A stretch of 64,000 nucleotides of DNA from NCBI GenBank assembly GCA_036172245.1, contig JAYWIR010000003.1, positions 3,472,001-3,536,000 on the forward strand. The letters are read 5' to 3'. The position numbers and the translations under genes were made by a program. Below the pieces are notes generated by a model, which was not told the origin of the DNA, made no database searches, and worked only from the letters and a program-made list of their open reading frames with translations. Positions 48,043-60,712 of the stretch are shown one piece after another; positions within the stretch are counted from its first letter, which is position 1, and each line of letters opens with the position of its first letter. Source of the stretch: Raillietiella orientalis. Lineage: Eukaryota.

Positions 48043-49034
48043 TCAGTTAGCAGCACCCTGCTCCCCTCCACCTACAACACGTCCTTCCCGCATTTTTTCT
48101 ACATAATCAGCAAAAATATCCCGGAAGCAACCCCAAGCCTTTTCTGGAACAGTTACTGCTCGTCTGACTGTTGGTTTCACCTTGCAAAAGCAAAATTAGA
48201 AATTTCGATCGAGCGTTAATACTAACCTCTGAAATACGCATAAAGACACCACGGATGTTCTGATCCACATCAAAATAAAAATGTTTATTCTCGACCCTCA
48301 CATGACGACCCTTCGGAAGCACAGGCCGAGAATCTCCATCGTCAGTCCCAAATTTTTCCAAAAGTTCAGTTAAGGAATCTCGAAATTCCACCATACCCTG
48401 TGCTGGGATAGCAATTTGGGAACGGGCACCATGGTGACCTGTGATCTGGGACACCTAAAAACAAGCTCTTGCTGATGCACCATCAGAAACTTACTCGCAG
48501 AAAGCGTCCTCTAACATTCTCTTTCAGATCCAGGTAATAGCGCCGATTGTCTTTTGTCATGAATTCTGACTTCAGTTTGCCACCAACAGCAACACTCTCT
48601 GAACTGGTGGGCCCTAAATTAAATATTCATAAGTATCTAATTCATTTGAAAGCTCACATACCTAGAGACAAGTCATATTCACTAAAATTTGTTAGGTGGT
48701 TACGGAACACAGCTGCAGTAGATAATGCCAGAAAAATTGTGTTTCTGCGACCATCTGCACTGATCTGCCATGCATAAATGCTTCCAAAGTTTTTCCTGAA
48801 TATGCTCAACCTACCTCAGCAACTTTAATAAAACGACCTCTTTGATTCTGCTTTACATCAATATAAAACCGTTTTGACTGAATATGGAGACTGCGAGTTC
48901 CAAGCTCCTGTTGGAACGATTCATCAAGATAACCTGCAATATGAGCCAATGTGAGCTCATCAAATACCTTAGTCAAACCTTTAGTTGGTTGAAAAACTTG
49001 TTAACATACCATGATCAGAAACTGGAGAAGCCAT
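48043..49034 (-). CDS. PURA: Transcriptional activator Pur-alpha (three PUR repeats); exons 49034-49010, 48933-48815, 48764-48662, 48613-48495, 48454-48227, 48180-48043 (243 aa)
   Basis: Spliced translation [32 protein letters not shown]...[31 protein letters not shown]...[18 protein letters not shown]...[25 protein letters not shown]...[14 protein letters not shown]. Five GT-AG introns (76, 50, 48, 40, 46 nt). The short first coding exon is less certain. Confidence 0.93.
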
Positions 49035-51372
49035 ACTCCTATAACATTACAGGGAATGACACAGTTAAAGCACCACTTTGGATAGAATGGTATTCATCAT
49101 TACTAAAAATATCAAGATAAGGTAATGTGTGGAATCTGGATACTCACCAAATCAAGCATACATTAGATAATATAGACTACATAACTTTTCCTAGGCAATT
49201 TCAAATCTAAAACATACATAACAGTTGAAGTGGAAAGGAGTTCATTCACAAACGGTGAAATGAATAATAATAAGCAAAGGTTTCATCTTGACATTTAACA
49301 GATCCAAATAATTTCGTAAAAACAAGCAAAATTACATGAAAAAACCAAAAAAAAATTTTTCTTGACAGAATGAAGAATTGGAATGCTCTTTATCTTCTAG
49401 CACAAATTACTTCCACACTATTTGGTGCTTGGGGAACAAAAATTCTACTTTGATAACAAAAATGCAAGTAGAAGATGGTGCCAACAATAATCTAAGCCTG
49501 GTGTCTTAAATAAGCAACAGAAAATAAGATAAAACAAAAAACAATAATTTCAGTAAAATAACTGAGGACTGTGGTTTTCTAGAATGCTAACATAATTATA
49601 TTTAAATGTACAAATTATGAGGTAACATAAGATCTTATATCAGTTACTTTTGATCGATCAAAAGCTCCATATGTTCAGCATCTATGGATTGATAGTATAT
49701 ATTCACTGATGCCCTCCACAAAAAAGCCAGATAGTTAATTTACAAACTTATGCTGCAAAATATGGCAAAACAGAAAAATATCTTACAGGATCATATTTCT
49801 CAAAGTTGCATAAATAAAGAACTGGTGATGTACCTTAGTTGTGAATACTATGAATATTTACAATCACAACACAAGTATTTTTCATTCTGTTGTTTTTATA
49901 TACTTACTAGAATTCTGCAGATTAATATTCAGGAGATAAAATTCTAGATAACAAATTTAAGCCTGCCACCTCTGAATGTTTTGGATTTATATGCAGCATC
50001 TGTGCTACATATTCTGTGTTCACAGAAGAGAAATAAATTAACATTCTTTTGCTGTAAATGAAATGTAAGATATGGGTCTCCTGTGTTGTATTTGCACAAT
50101 AGAAAACATTGTACAGAATTCATGCTCAATTTCTCAGTACTATTAGCTGTTATCTAAGGAATGTCGGACTCTTGAATCTCCTCAAAATTACCATTGGACA
50201 ACATAAAACCTTAATACAGGAACTAACGCCCAAAGTTTTTTGACTGTGAAAAATGTTTCTGATTTGTTTTCAAAAATGCACATGTGAACAGACCAGCATT
50301 CTTAAAATCTCACACAAATATGTGCACCACGTATCAATAAGACCAAGAATAATTTTTGAATTCAACAACTTAAATGCCAGTCTCGTAAGGAGAAGTTATT
50401 CCCAAATCATTTATAAATAATGGAGTTTTTTCTTTGGAAGCTGCAAAATTTATTTGAAATCACATTCTTTTGTTATACTGGTCAAAATACTTGAAAAAAT
50501 GAATGAGCATTCTTCCCAAACACAAGAATAACAAGGGAGCATCTTTCTATGCATATTTAGATGAATAAAAGTTTTTGATAACTCATTACTTACTATTTGT
50601 TTCGGCATTAAACATCGAACTCTCACATTAAATGGTATGCATTTCCCTGTAAATTAAAATGTATTTCCATTTCAGAATATCAATCATTCAAATACAATTA
50701 CAGTTAACAAACGCTATAGCTATCACCAACAATTTCAAAACAAAAAATAATCTAATGTTACCATTTTATGAATCAAATTAAAAAAAACAATCATTTCTCC
50801 TATACATTCCATCTACTTTACCAGTCCATGTTAGGAGAAATTAAGCGATTGTTTGGGTTTAGAATTATTGCATGACGACTTACAAGATCTTGTTTAACGG
50901 AAATTAGTAATTTAATAAACATTACAAGCTGTTAAACTGCTACTCTGACTGCAAAACTGTAGCTTCCAAACTGTAGTTTCAAAACATGTATTCCAAAAGT
51001 TCCACTTTCAAACACTTCACATAACCTTTTTTACACAGAGTTAATCTGTTATTCTAAGTATCCTGCCGCTTGAATTTCTATATATAGAATAAAAACTATT
51101 ATGAATGAATTTCTGCAATCATAGGCATGACTAGTATCTTGTAAGCGCTTAATAATTTTGTCCTCCCAACTTTCATGACTTCAGCCGTACATTTTCCGTT
51201 TTCATACATTTCGTGATCTGTTTTACTTTCAACCGTGGTATTCAAAAGATTTTTAATACAGTACCAATGGAACGTACGAGCAACAAATGACTTGAATACC
51301 GAAATTCTGCTACAAAAGATTTACAGCTACATATTAACGAAGGCTTAAAATACAGACATAATTTAATCGCAA

Positions 51373-51394
51373 ACACACACACACACACACACAC
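51373..51394. repeat. (AC)n microsatellite
   Basis: Direct reading. Confidence 0.85.
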
Positions 51395-52064
51395 AAACAA
51401 AAAAAAAAAAATACATAATTGGACGTTTCTCTTCAAGGCTGTTTTTGATGTAGTCACAATACAACCGAAATAAAATCGAAAAGTAACACAAAAAGTCGGC
51501 ATCTAAAATCGACGAAGCTTTGGATGGGGGTTTGGATGCATTTTATTATAATACAAAAAAACGGCTGTTCCCTAATTCCAGTGTAAGATAATTGGAAGCC
51601 CAAACACCGATCGGATTGATCTTTTTGACCGGAAGAAATTACTACATTCATTGATATTTTGGAATGGAACCTTTACGAAAGGTACAAAGGAAATGCTCGT
51701 TGCAAAGCGAGCGAGCGAGACGCTCCTAAAAGGAAAACGATTCAGAGTCTGCAAGTCCTCTGAACTCCTAAAATTCTAAATTCGCGTATACCTATAAATT
51801 TTACGAAATCAGTTCTTTAGTTCGTGGTACGTACAAATTACGTTCGCTGCGTACGTTGGTCAGCATACGCGCGTGCATCCGCATCGACTACCAGCGACCC
51901 GCTGCCTGCACGCACGTCCTTCTTTGTGCAGCCTTCGTGACCTTCCTGGCTGGCATTTTGTCTTTGGAAATTTTGATTCCAACAAGAGGAAGAAAAAATT
52001 ATTTATGACTAAAAATAACTCCATTCGAAGTTCCCATCTTTATACCCCCCTCTATAAATGTTTC

Positions 52065-52106
52065 GTTCCACGTTTATCGATGTAAGTTCCACGTTTATCG
52101 ATGTAA
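52065..52106. repeat. Perfect 21-bp tandem duplication containing DRE-like TATCGAT motifs
   Basis: gttccacgtttatcgatgtaa x2, next to a CpG-rich patch (~51.8-51.95 kb) upstream of Pur-alpha. Confidence 0.8.
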
Positions 52107-54184
52107 CTTTTGTTTAAGAAAACGAACTGAGTTTTCTTTCACTTCGTCTTTCAACCCTTTCCTTCACTTCTGCTCTTCCGGCGTCCGCATCCAGCTCTGG
52201 CAGCACGAGGAAGGAAATCAACCTCATGCTTACAGCAGCGAAATAAAGGGGTCCTTCGTATAACGCGGAAGCAGGGGGGGAATGCAATGAAGAATTGGCT
52301 GTTGCAAATCGGAAAGCTCTTAAGAAACTCGCGGTGGTTGGGCACGAAATTGTGGCCTGCATCACATTTCTTGGACAAACATGCTGTCAGTGACGGTAAA
52401 ACGGTTCTCCAGAGCTGACCTACATAAAGTCCATTACAGAAAATAATACATATACATTGACATCGCTTTATTTTCCATTAAAAAATTTTCGCGAATCAAT
52501 TTCATCGTTCGGCTGTATTTCGTGCAGAACTTGTTCTCCCCTGAATTCATAACAAAAAGTCCTTTTTTTTTTTTTTGCATGCTGCATGGTGATTCTGCAT
52601 TTTCTTGCAAACCCGGTCTGATCGCATTTTCAATTATCTCTTATCAAACGGTACGTGCAAAATATTTCAGGTACTCGTGATGATGTTTGTATAAAAGAAC
52701 GAGACGCTTCACTGCCTCACGCCACACGTTGCTGTCATTCGGCACAACCAGATCTTCGTACTTCCAACGTCTTCAACGGTTGCCTTTTGCAAAAGCCTCT
52801 TCGCTTCGGATGCTTCGCACCTCTATTTGATTCATGGATCGCATTTCCTTTTTCACCAACCCAGTTAGTTGTGCATCACTCTTAAATTTATTAAGTTCCA
52901 AGGCACCACTAATATTCATGATTCGGTAAGGTTCACTTTGTTGTTACTAATTATGTTTGAGAATATGGGAAAAGAGACATGCGATACACATACGCTCGTA
53001 TTTTATCGAAAACGAAGCTTATTTTCCGATAATGCTTGAGTAAGTTTTCGACAATTCCTTTCGAAACTGAATGTAGGGATACCATCTGCCAAAAGAATTC
53101 ATTAGATGCTTAGGAATTCTGGGCTTCATCCGATGACACACCTTTGAAAGCATTTCAACTGACAACCAACTATTGTCGAATGAAAAATGGATCCCATCAG
53201 GGAAACTTTCAAAAGTGACCAACAGACTGAGGCACCGTGCACATTCCTCATCTTTTCTACAGGAGTAACAGTTGATTTTCTGAGATTCGGCAACTGGTCC
53301 ATCGAGCACTGTGGAGCGACTGAAAACGATCTGATTGGTCCAGTCAGTTTCAGCCACACTACTCGATTTACCGAAGTATGGGGAGGATGTTAAGAGCTCC
53401 TTGGGAAGCGGCAGCAAAATCGAAATCAGATGATTTCTCCATTATGGTTCTCATCAGGTTATAATGAGCAAATACATGAAGGCAAATAGAAACATCTTGT
53501 GACCTTATGGCAAATGCGCCTTCAGTTCATTAGATTCTTCCTGGTTTCCACTACAGCATTCTTCCTTAACAGTGCATTTCCACTTTCCTTCATCCAAAAC
53601 TTCTGACGAATACACGAAAAAGGCCGTTTCCCTGCTCTTCACGATCGTATAAGATTGAGATAAAAGGTTCGTCTGCTTGTTTTGCAAAATATTACCTTTG
53701 AAAACATGCCGAATCATTTGCAACTAACACGAATCTTAAAACTTTTTCCCATGCAGTATTGAATCCACCCAATTTTTCCCGCATGGATGGTGACATCGTG
53801 ATCACCGGAATCAGCCCGTGAGTATAAGAACTTTGCGAATCTATTTGAAAAAACAGACGAAAACTTGGAGGTCAATTAAGCTTTGAGAGAAACTGCCCTG
53901 CTTCGAAGCAGTCGTAACCCTGAATGTAGGACTCTGGCAGAGCAATCGTGTTCCAAGCAGTCTCCGAATATGTAATTTCCTTTGATTCTGATCAATATTT
54001 CCATTTTCAAGTATTTCTAGAATACGAATGAGGATTTGCAAAAACCCTCACCAGCACTCAATTCGATTTGGAATTAGAACCTTGTAACTATATCCTTTCG
54101 AAAGTAATTTAAGACATGTTTTCAGTACAAATTTCAGTACACATAAAACCCAAAGTACACTTGTCTCTGTACTTTCCGCCGAGC

Positions 54185-54207
<23 letters not shown>
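54185..54207. repeat. (TG)n microsatellite
   Basis: Direct reading. Confidence 0.85.
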
Positions 54208-54216
<9 letters not shown>

Positions 54217-57200
54217 ATACCGGATGTTCTGTAAATGGACCTTTCGTACCTTGAATTCATCCAGATGACCAAAGGGGTTTGAATCCTCCTGAAAAATGTG
54301 TTAAGCACATGGTCATCACTCAACCCCAGTCGTGGTGACATTATCGCATCTATTACATTATTCACGTCATTAATGCTAACGGTAAGTGGCAGCTGCACAA
54401 CTTGATGCATAATAATGAGAGAGCGCAACCCCCGATTCATCCCAACTCGAGCATTACGGTTCACACTGTAACTGTGAACCACAAAGCCGAAATCTCCATA
54501 TCGCACATTCTGGGAGAGTCTTATGGATAAGCAAACGTCATCCAGCCAGTGACACGAAGACGAATCCTGCTGGATTTTTTCACCGCTCTCAATTAACTTT
54601 CTTTGTTTCTTTCCCTTTTGACTGCCTTCTGCGATCCGAAAGCGTTGTAAGAGTGTACTGTCGTTGACTTTTCGTGGCGGACAAAGCAGTCAGTAATACA
54701 GTAGTTCCGTATTTTTAGGAAACAGCGTCGCGTCGGTTACGGAAGGCTTCGTTTCTTGCTCCTTCATGTACTGCGCAAAAACAGAATACAGCTGAGCGCG
54801 AATGCCTCAGCATCTCCGTACGGCTAAGAGAATCTGTTTCCACGGCCTTGGGACTCCAGGAAGAACATTGGAGCGGTGGCCTCCCAAACGATGTACGAAA
54901 TTCTTTAAACATTATGAATGTGCATCAGCAGCTCAACTGGATGTCTTCGTAAGTGCTCGGCACATCTCTACCTCCACATTAAAGAGGCCAGTTCTCAGTG
55001 TGGATACTACTAGTGTGGATGAGCACTCTTCTTCCAAGCCATCCTTCCGATGAACGAGTGCTTAACAAGCTGTGGTGCTAACTTCTGGAATCATTTTTCC
55101 TCTGGAACCATGAACTTTCTCTCCTCCGATCTGTTGTTGAATGTTTGCCTGCTTCCGATGCCGGCAGCAGCAGCTTAAAAAAAAAAAAAAAAAAATACCC
55201 CACAACCATTTGAAAAAATACGCTTGACATGTGTCAACGGTATTTTTTCACATACAGCTTGAAAACTTGGCATCTGTATCCATTCAGGTAGCCTTGTTTA
55301 ACCATCAGAACCAGCTGCTATATTTTTCTTTTTGCGTGAGAAAAAAAAAGAAGAAAAAGATCCTGATTTACGACCATTTTAAAAGTTATAAATCCTTCTG
55401 CAAATTGATTCTCGTAAATAGAAACTTGCATTATCAAGTTTCAAGGAAGATTAACTACCAAGTAAACTTTTCTGGGGTCTCATCCCGTGGTAACTGAGGT
55501 AAAGAATCCCTGAAGATTTCGGCTTCCCTTCCCTCTCCCTCCTCCAATCCAATGAATACACTATTCATTTGCCTAAAGCACTCAACACCATCAAATTGCG
55601 AAGAAATCGAGTTCCGAGGCTTAATTTATTAATAGGCACCAAAAACCCGGGTCGGAAACGGGAAACGTCGTCGTGCTTTGGAAATCTACGAATAAGGCAC
55701 GAAGATTTACTGATAATACATACTTCAAGACCTAATTTGGAAACTTCAGTGATGACTCATTAGTAAGGCAGAATCGAAGTGTACAATGCTGTTTTGAAAA
55801 ATACAGCTTTAGGGCTGCTGCTCTCAAACCTGCAATGGTAAGCAGAACCACAAATTACCTTTTCACATGTACGACAGCAGGGCGAATCGGAAAGAGGAAG
55901 CACTTTTTGGACATTTTTTCCCCGAAAAACTTCAATTCCTAGCTAAGAAACCTCTTCCGGATCTTGAAAGCGTTTGAAAATACCGAGCCGAGAAATTTTT
56001 GAGAAAGCAGAACACTGGATTTTAAATTCCGCACCCAGCATCACTTTGAACGATTCATCGGTCCACAGTTGCTAAGCAACCCTGATTTGTGAACTTTCTG
56101 ATTGATTTCACGAGATTTCATGCGGACTCCGATTTTTCTCTTCTTTTGGAAATTATTGGAAGTGCTGGTTGATATGTGGTAACTTTCCATATCATCCAAG
56201 AACCTCGTCAACGCTTACAGATGTGAGGCCGATGAAATCTGAATATCGAACACACTTGATGTGATTAAATGTACACTTTTCAAAGCTAAAGGTCAACGCT
56301 ATGTTTCAAACCATACCGCAGGGCATAGTAAAATACATAATTCTACCACAAAACGTGCTACCTTCAACAGAATGGGTAACTGCTAGAACCTCGAAAGCGA
56401 TCGAAAAGAATTTCCGAGGCAGGTGAAGGACAGTAATAACATAAATCAAGTACCGATGAAACACGTATCCAGAAAAAGTTACGAGACGCAGCTGCAGTTT
56501 TATCAACGTCGCCAGAGCAAAGAGCGATCGGAACTGGCGCTGGATACCTGCGCCATCCCCCCACTAAGAATCCCATTCAGCGCCCCACTTGCAAGCACCA
56601 AATTAGAAAGCGGAAAAATGCCATGAGTCCATTTTACCAAACCAGGAGCCCGTGAGCACCTATTACCTACCGCCCGTGCATGTCCCAACACCCAGTCCTT
56701 GCTTCGACATCCACTGGCTGACCTAGGATGCGACCACGATCTTGTGCATTCTGCTTGAGGGCGTCTGGCCGTGGATCCTCGCGCGGCGGTCGGGCCTAGG
56801 CTTTTTCACGTCATGGCCGCATTGTTGCGTAGGTGTGCGCGCCGCGTTCCCTCCCCTCGTCCGGAACGCACTGCGCCACCTCCACCCGTCCCTGCGCCCA
56901 CCTGGCGGAGGACGCACAAGTGTGCTGCTGCGCCTCGTGAGCACAGGTGCAGTGAGCCGCGCACGGCAAGAAGCACGAAGATGCGCTCATCGCTCAGAAC
57001 ACGCGGATCAGTGAAGATCGCCGCAAACCAAAGTGAAGGCAGCCTCCAGCAGCCCCGTTTGACCCTTTGCGCGCCAAGCGTTCGTTGGCGCCCAGCAGCT
57101 CCAGCACGCTTTCGCAGTCAGAAATTCGAAAAAGGAAGAATGGTTAACGAAGAATCATGAATGTTCGTTCGTCGCTGCGATTATTCCTCTTGCAAAGATG

Positions 57201-60064
57201 TTGGTTTCTTCTTCGATGATCCCCTTGGCAAGCTCTTCTGTTAAAAATAACCAGAAACATTCTGTTGGTTCCGTACAATGTTAGATGCCATCTGTGTTCC
57301 AGCGACCCTAAGCGATACTGTGATATTAATCCTTTTGGGAACCCTTTTGCTGTCTGTTATATCCACCCATTCATCTTCTTTTCCGAAAGAGTTTTCGCTC
57401 GCAATGATTCCCATTCTTCGTCGCCTTTTCACAATAATTTTTCGCTATCACGAGAGCGAATTCAAGAATCATCATCACTTGCACTATCTTCAGATGCAAC
57501 ATCAGTTAAATTGTCATCAGCTAAATATAAATGAAGTTCTTCTTCACTTTCACTCAATTCCAAATTTTCATAATCCCTTTCCTCTTTATCCATCTTTGCA
57601 ACTGATTGATGGCAATTAGAGAGCAACTTTTATAGAAAAGCCGAGGTCCTGTTCGAAAACAAACAAACTTTAAGGAATCATGGTTGCAACCTCATACTGT
57701 GTAACGTTTGCAGAGAAGTGATCTGTAACAGGAAGCTGTGAACGATCACGGCGCTTGCTTGCACTCAGTTTGCATGCCAACGAGCGGGTTGCACATTTTG
57801 GCCTGCAACGCAAAGAATGCATATTCTAACGCATCCACAATGCGTTAGCATGCATGTCCCCTCGGAGGAGCCAGTGGAGTGCAAAGGATTAAAGAAAGCT
57901 CCGGCTTGAGGAACGACTATCGTGCGTTTCGCGCATGGCCGCAGTGTCTTAAGAATTCCGGACAGAAGTTGGGGCACTGAGCAACATAGGTAAACGGGAG
58001 TTGGGTTGAAATAGGGACTAGGAAAGGAAATTAAACATCAGCCGTTCTGTTTCGGATGCCGAGGAATGTGCTGTGTCATGTCCGCCTGTCTCTCAGTCGC
58101 CCATGTGTTCTAGCATGTCCCTTCCCGAGTTCTTAGAAAGTTTCTACGATCAGTGTCCAGTGTTTCTGGCCTCAAGGCATTCGGACTCTGCCTATAGATG
58201 GAAGAGAGTTATTTAGCAAGCATCTTGTATTTAGTGACATCAGCGAAGGAGCCTTTGGGTTGTGCGACCAGCTATGGTTCAGTTGTGATAAAGCGCGCCA
58301 AAGATCAGGTATAGACTGCTTTCATCCCAAAGCCAGATGGATGCTAATAGTAGTAAAAATTTGAGAAGAATTTGAGGATTCTGTCAGAAATCTGAGGATA
58401 CTGCATCTCAGATTTTCTTCCTTCCTGAGAAAGAAGGACTTGATTCCAAAGGAAAAAATGGACTTAAACAGAAGCAGCCTTCCTTTTTAAGGGAGAAGAG
58501 CTGCGAGTACTGAGGAAACGTATGTTTAGGAGTCTTCTCCCGTCTTATCAGGAGGCAGCAATGTTCAACGGGAAATGCGTTGAGGCTATTTCTCTGAAAC
58601 GTCAACTGACGGAGGTGCGAAGGAGATCAGGGAGAAGCATCAGTTTTGAGTTTGGTCGAACAACAAATCTCAAACGGTGTGCAAAAGCCACTTGCTTCCA
58701 CAGGGCGGGAAAATCCCAACTACGCTTGCTTCTAAAACACCCAGCTGCAACTAGCTTTGAAACATGAGGAAACAGGCAGTGCGACAGCAGTTTGTAGCAG
58801 GCGGACAACGAATCATCAAGGATCTTTTTTTTTTTGTGCCGCCTTTAGCATTTTATGTCAGTGTTATACACCAGTACGGATCATTTTTCTGGGAGAATAG
58901 AGCAGATGCTGGGCACAAGTTTCCTTTATTTCTTCACATGGATTCAACAACTTGCTCAAAACAATCTCTAGAATAGTACCACTCGAGAACCTCGAAGGCG
59001 TCTTTGCATGGAAACGCCTGGAAGGTTTCTGAGCCATTCAAAAACATTGCATTATGTAAACAATGTATCTCCATACAGCAACCACTTTAGTGCACGGTAC
59101 GTTCTTCAGCATTTTGAGTTGGAAATGCAGCTAGAGCAAGGACTCCGACCTCGGGGTCATTGGTTGCGTCTCTGCAAATTTCATCTCATTGGTTCCTGCA
59201 GGTCCGTGGAGCCCACGACCAGGAGCAAAGAGGCCAGCTCAGGCAAGCTAACTTTGTAGCGACAACCATGAGATCACGGTAGCACTGAAGCGAGGCTTTC
59301 ACCACCATCCTGATTCAAGGAACACATGAGAGCACGTGACTGGCATCAAATCCCGCCGAAAAGATCGTACAACACGGACAAGGAATCATCACTGGCATCA
59401 AGAGTACGCCAGCTTGGATCCCGAGCGTACGACACCTCAGTTCTGTTGGTCACACGATTCGTCTCTAGCAGGTCGCGCTCCGGTGCACTTTTCCAAAAAA
59501 CTCGCCCGAATATTCACGGTGATCAGGCTGAAAGCTGTCATACGGGTGGCGATTGCCTATCGAGCAGCCCAGAGGGCATCTCCATCTGCTCAAAAAAGAT
59601 CGGTGAACCAAGTTTTTTTCCGCTCTCATGAAATCGACGCGCCACGCAACGCCTCCACCAACAGATACAGACCACAGTTTGGAAAATGTAGATTCTCAAA
59701 GCATGAAACGAACGGAAACAGGATAGAGCCCTATGGAGAAGATGTAAGTTTCTCCACAAATCTATTTAAAGTAATAGCCAAGGCAAGGCTCGTGTCAAGT
59801 GCAAAATGGCGAACCTTTGCTAGTCAAGGCATGCAAAACCAATGGGATGAAGGAAAAAGGGGTGGGAGATGTGCTATCAATAGCACAAAGGGATAAAGGA
59901 GGCAGGTGTACCATGATCGGAGAAGCTGGCATGCGTGATACACCATATCGGTAAGACGTTGCGCTATTGTACCAGTAGATCGAACGGGCTTGCTTTCACC
60001 ACTTGTCGGATGGAAAGGGTTCCATTGGAAAATACTAGTGTAAAGTCTGCACTGTCACCCTCAC

Positions 60065-60097
60065 ATCTGATGCTCCAGCCCGGATGGAGCATCAGAT
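60065..60097. repeat. Perfect 13-bp inverted repeat (7-nt loop) followed 10 nt later by CTAG
   Basis: atctgatgctcca-gcccgga-tggagcatcagat; CTAG at 60108-60111. Confidence 0.8.
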
Positions 60098-60712
60098 AGG
60101 GTTCTCGCTAGGTTACGCATTTCGGATTAAGATCTGCAGACATCGACGACTTTTGCTGGAGAGAGAGAAAGAACTGATGGAAAACGTGAACGAGACTTGA
60201 GAGGGAAAAAAATCAGGTGGTCTGAGCGAATGTTTCGGGGCTGGAAGGTGTCATGGGCTGTGTTCCAATGGCACACACAAAGGAGCATGCGAAACCGGTG
60301 CTTCTAAACAAACGTGCAAAGCAAAGGCTACACCGCAATTGGCCACAGTTAGCAAAGGCCACACCAACTCGCCGAAAATTACTTCGAAGGCTCACCTTGC
60401 AATGGTTCCAGGGAGTTTGTCATACTACAAAGAACTCTTGATTATGGCGAAAATCTATGCATCTCATTGCGTCTTAGACCCCTAAGACATGGGACGCTCT
60501 GACCAGTCACGTTTACAAAATGGGGGGAATTCTGCCATGGAGAGTTCCAACTACAGAATGCCATCAAAAGACGCCATGATGACGATAGGCGGAAGTGCAC
60601 TATACGCTAGGCGCTCTTCACACAGAATAGTCTCCAAGAAAACAGCATCTAGTGGAGAAATCTCAATTTTCCTGCTAGAATCCGCGCAAGCAACGAGAAT
60701 GCACGCCAAAAA

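Noticed and set aside
56400..57620. CpG-rich patch with short ORFs
   Set aside because: No recognisable protein or consistent exon chain; possibly regulatory but unsupported.
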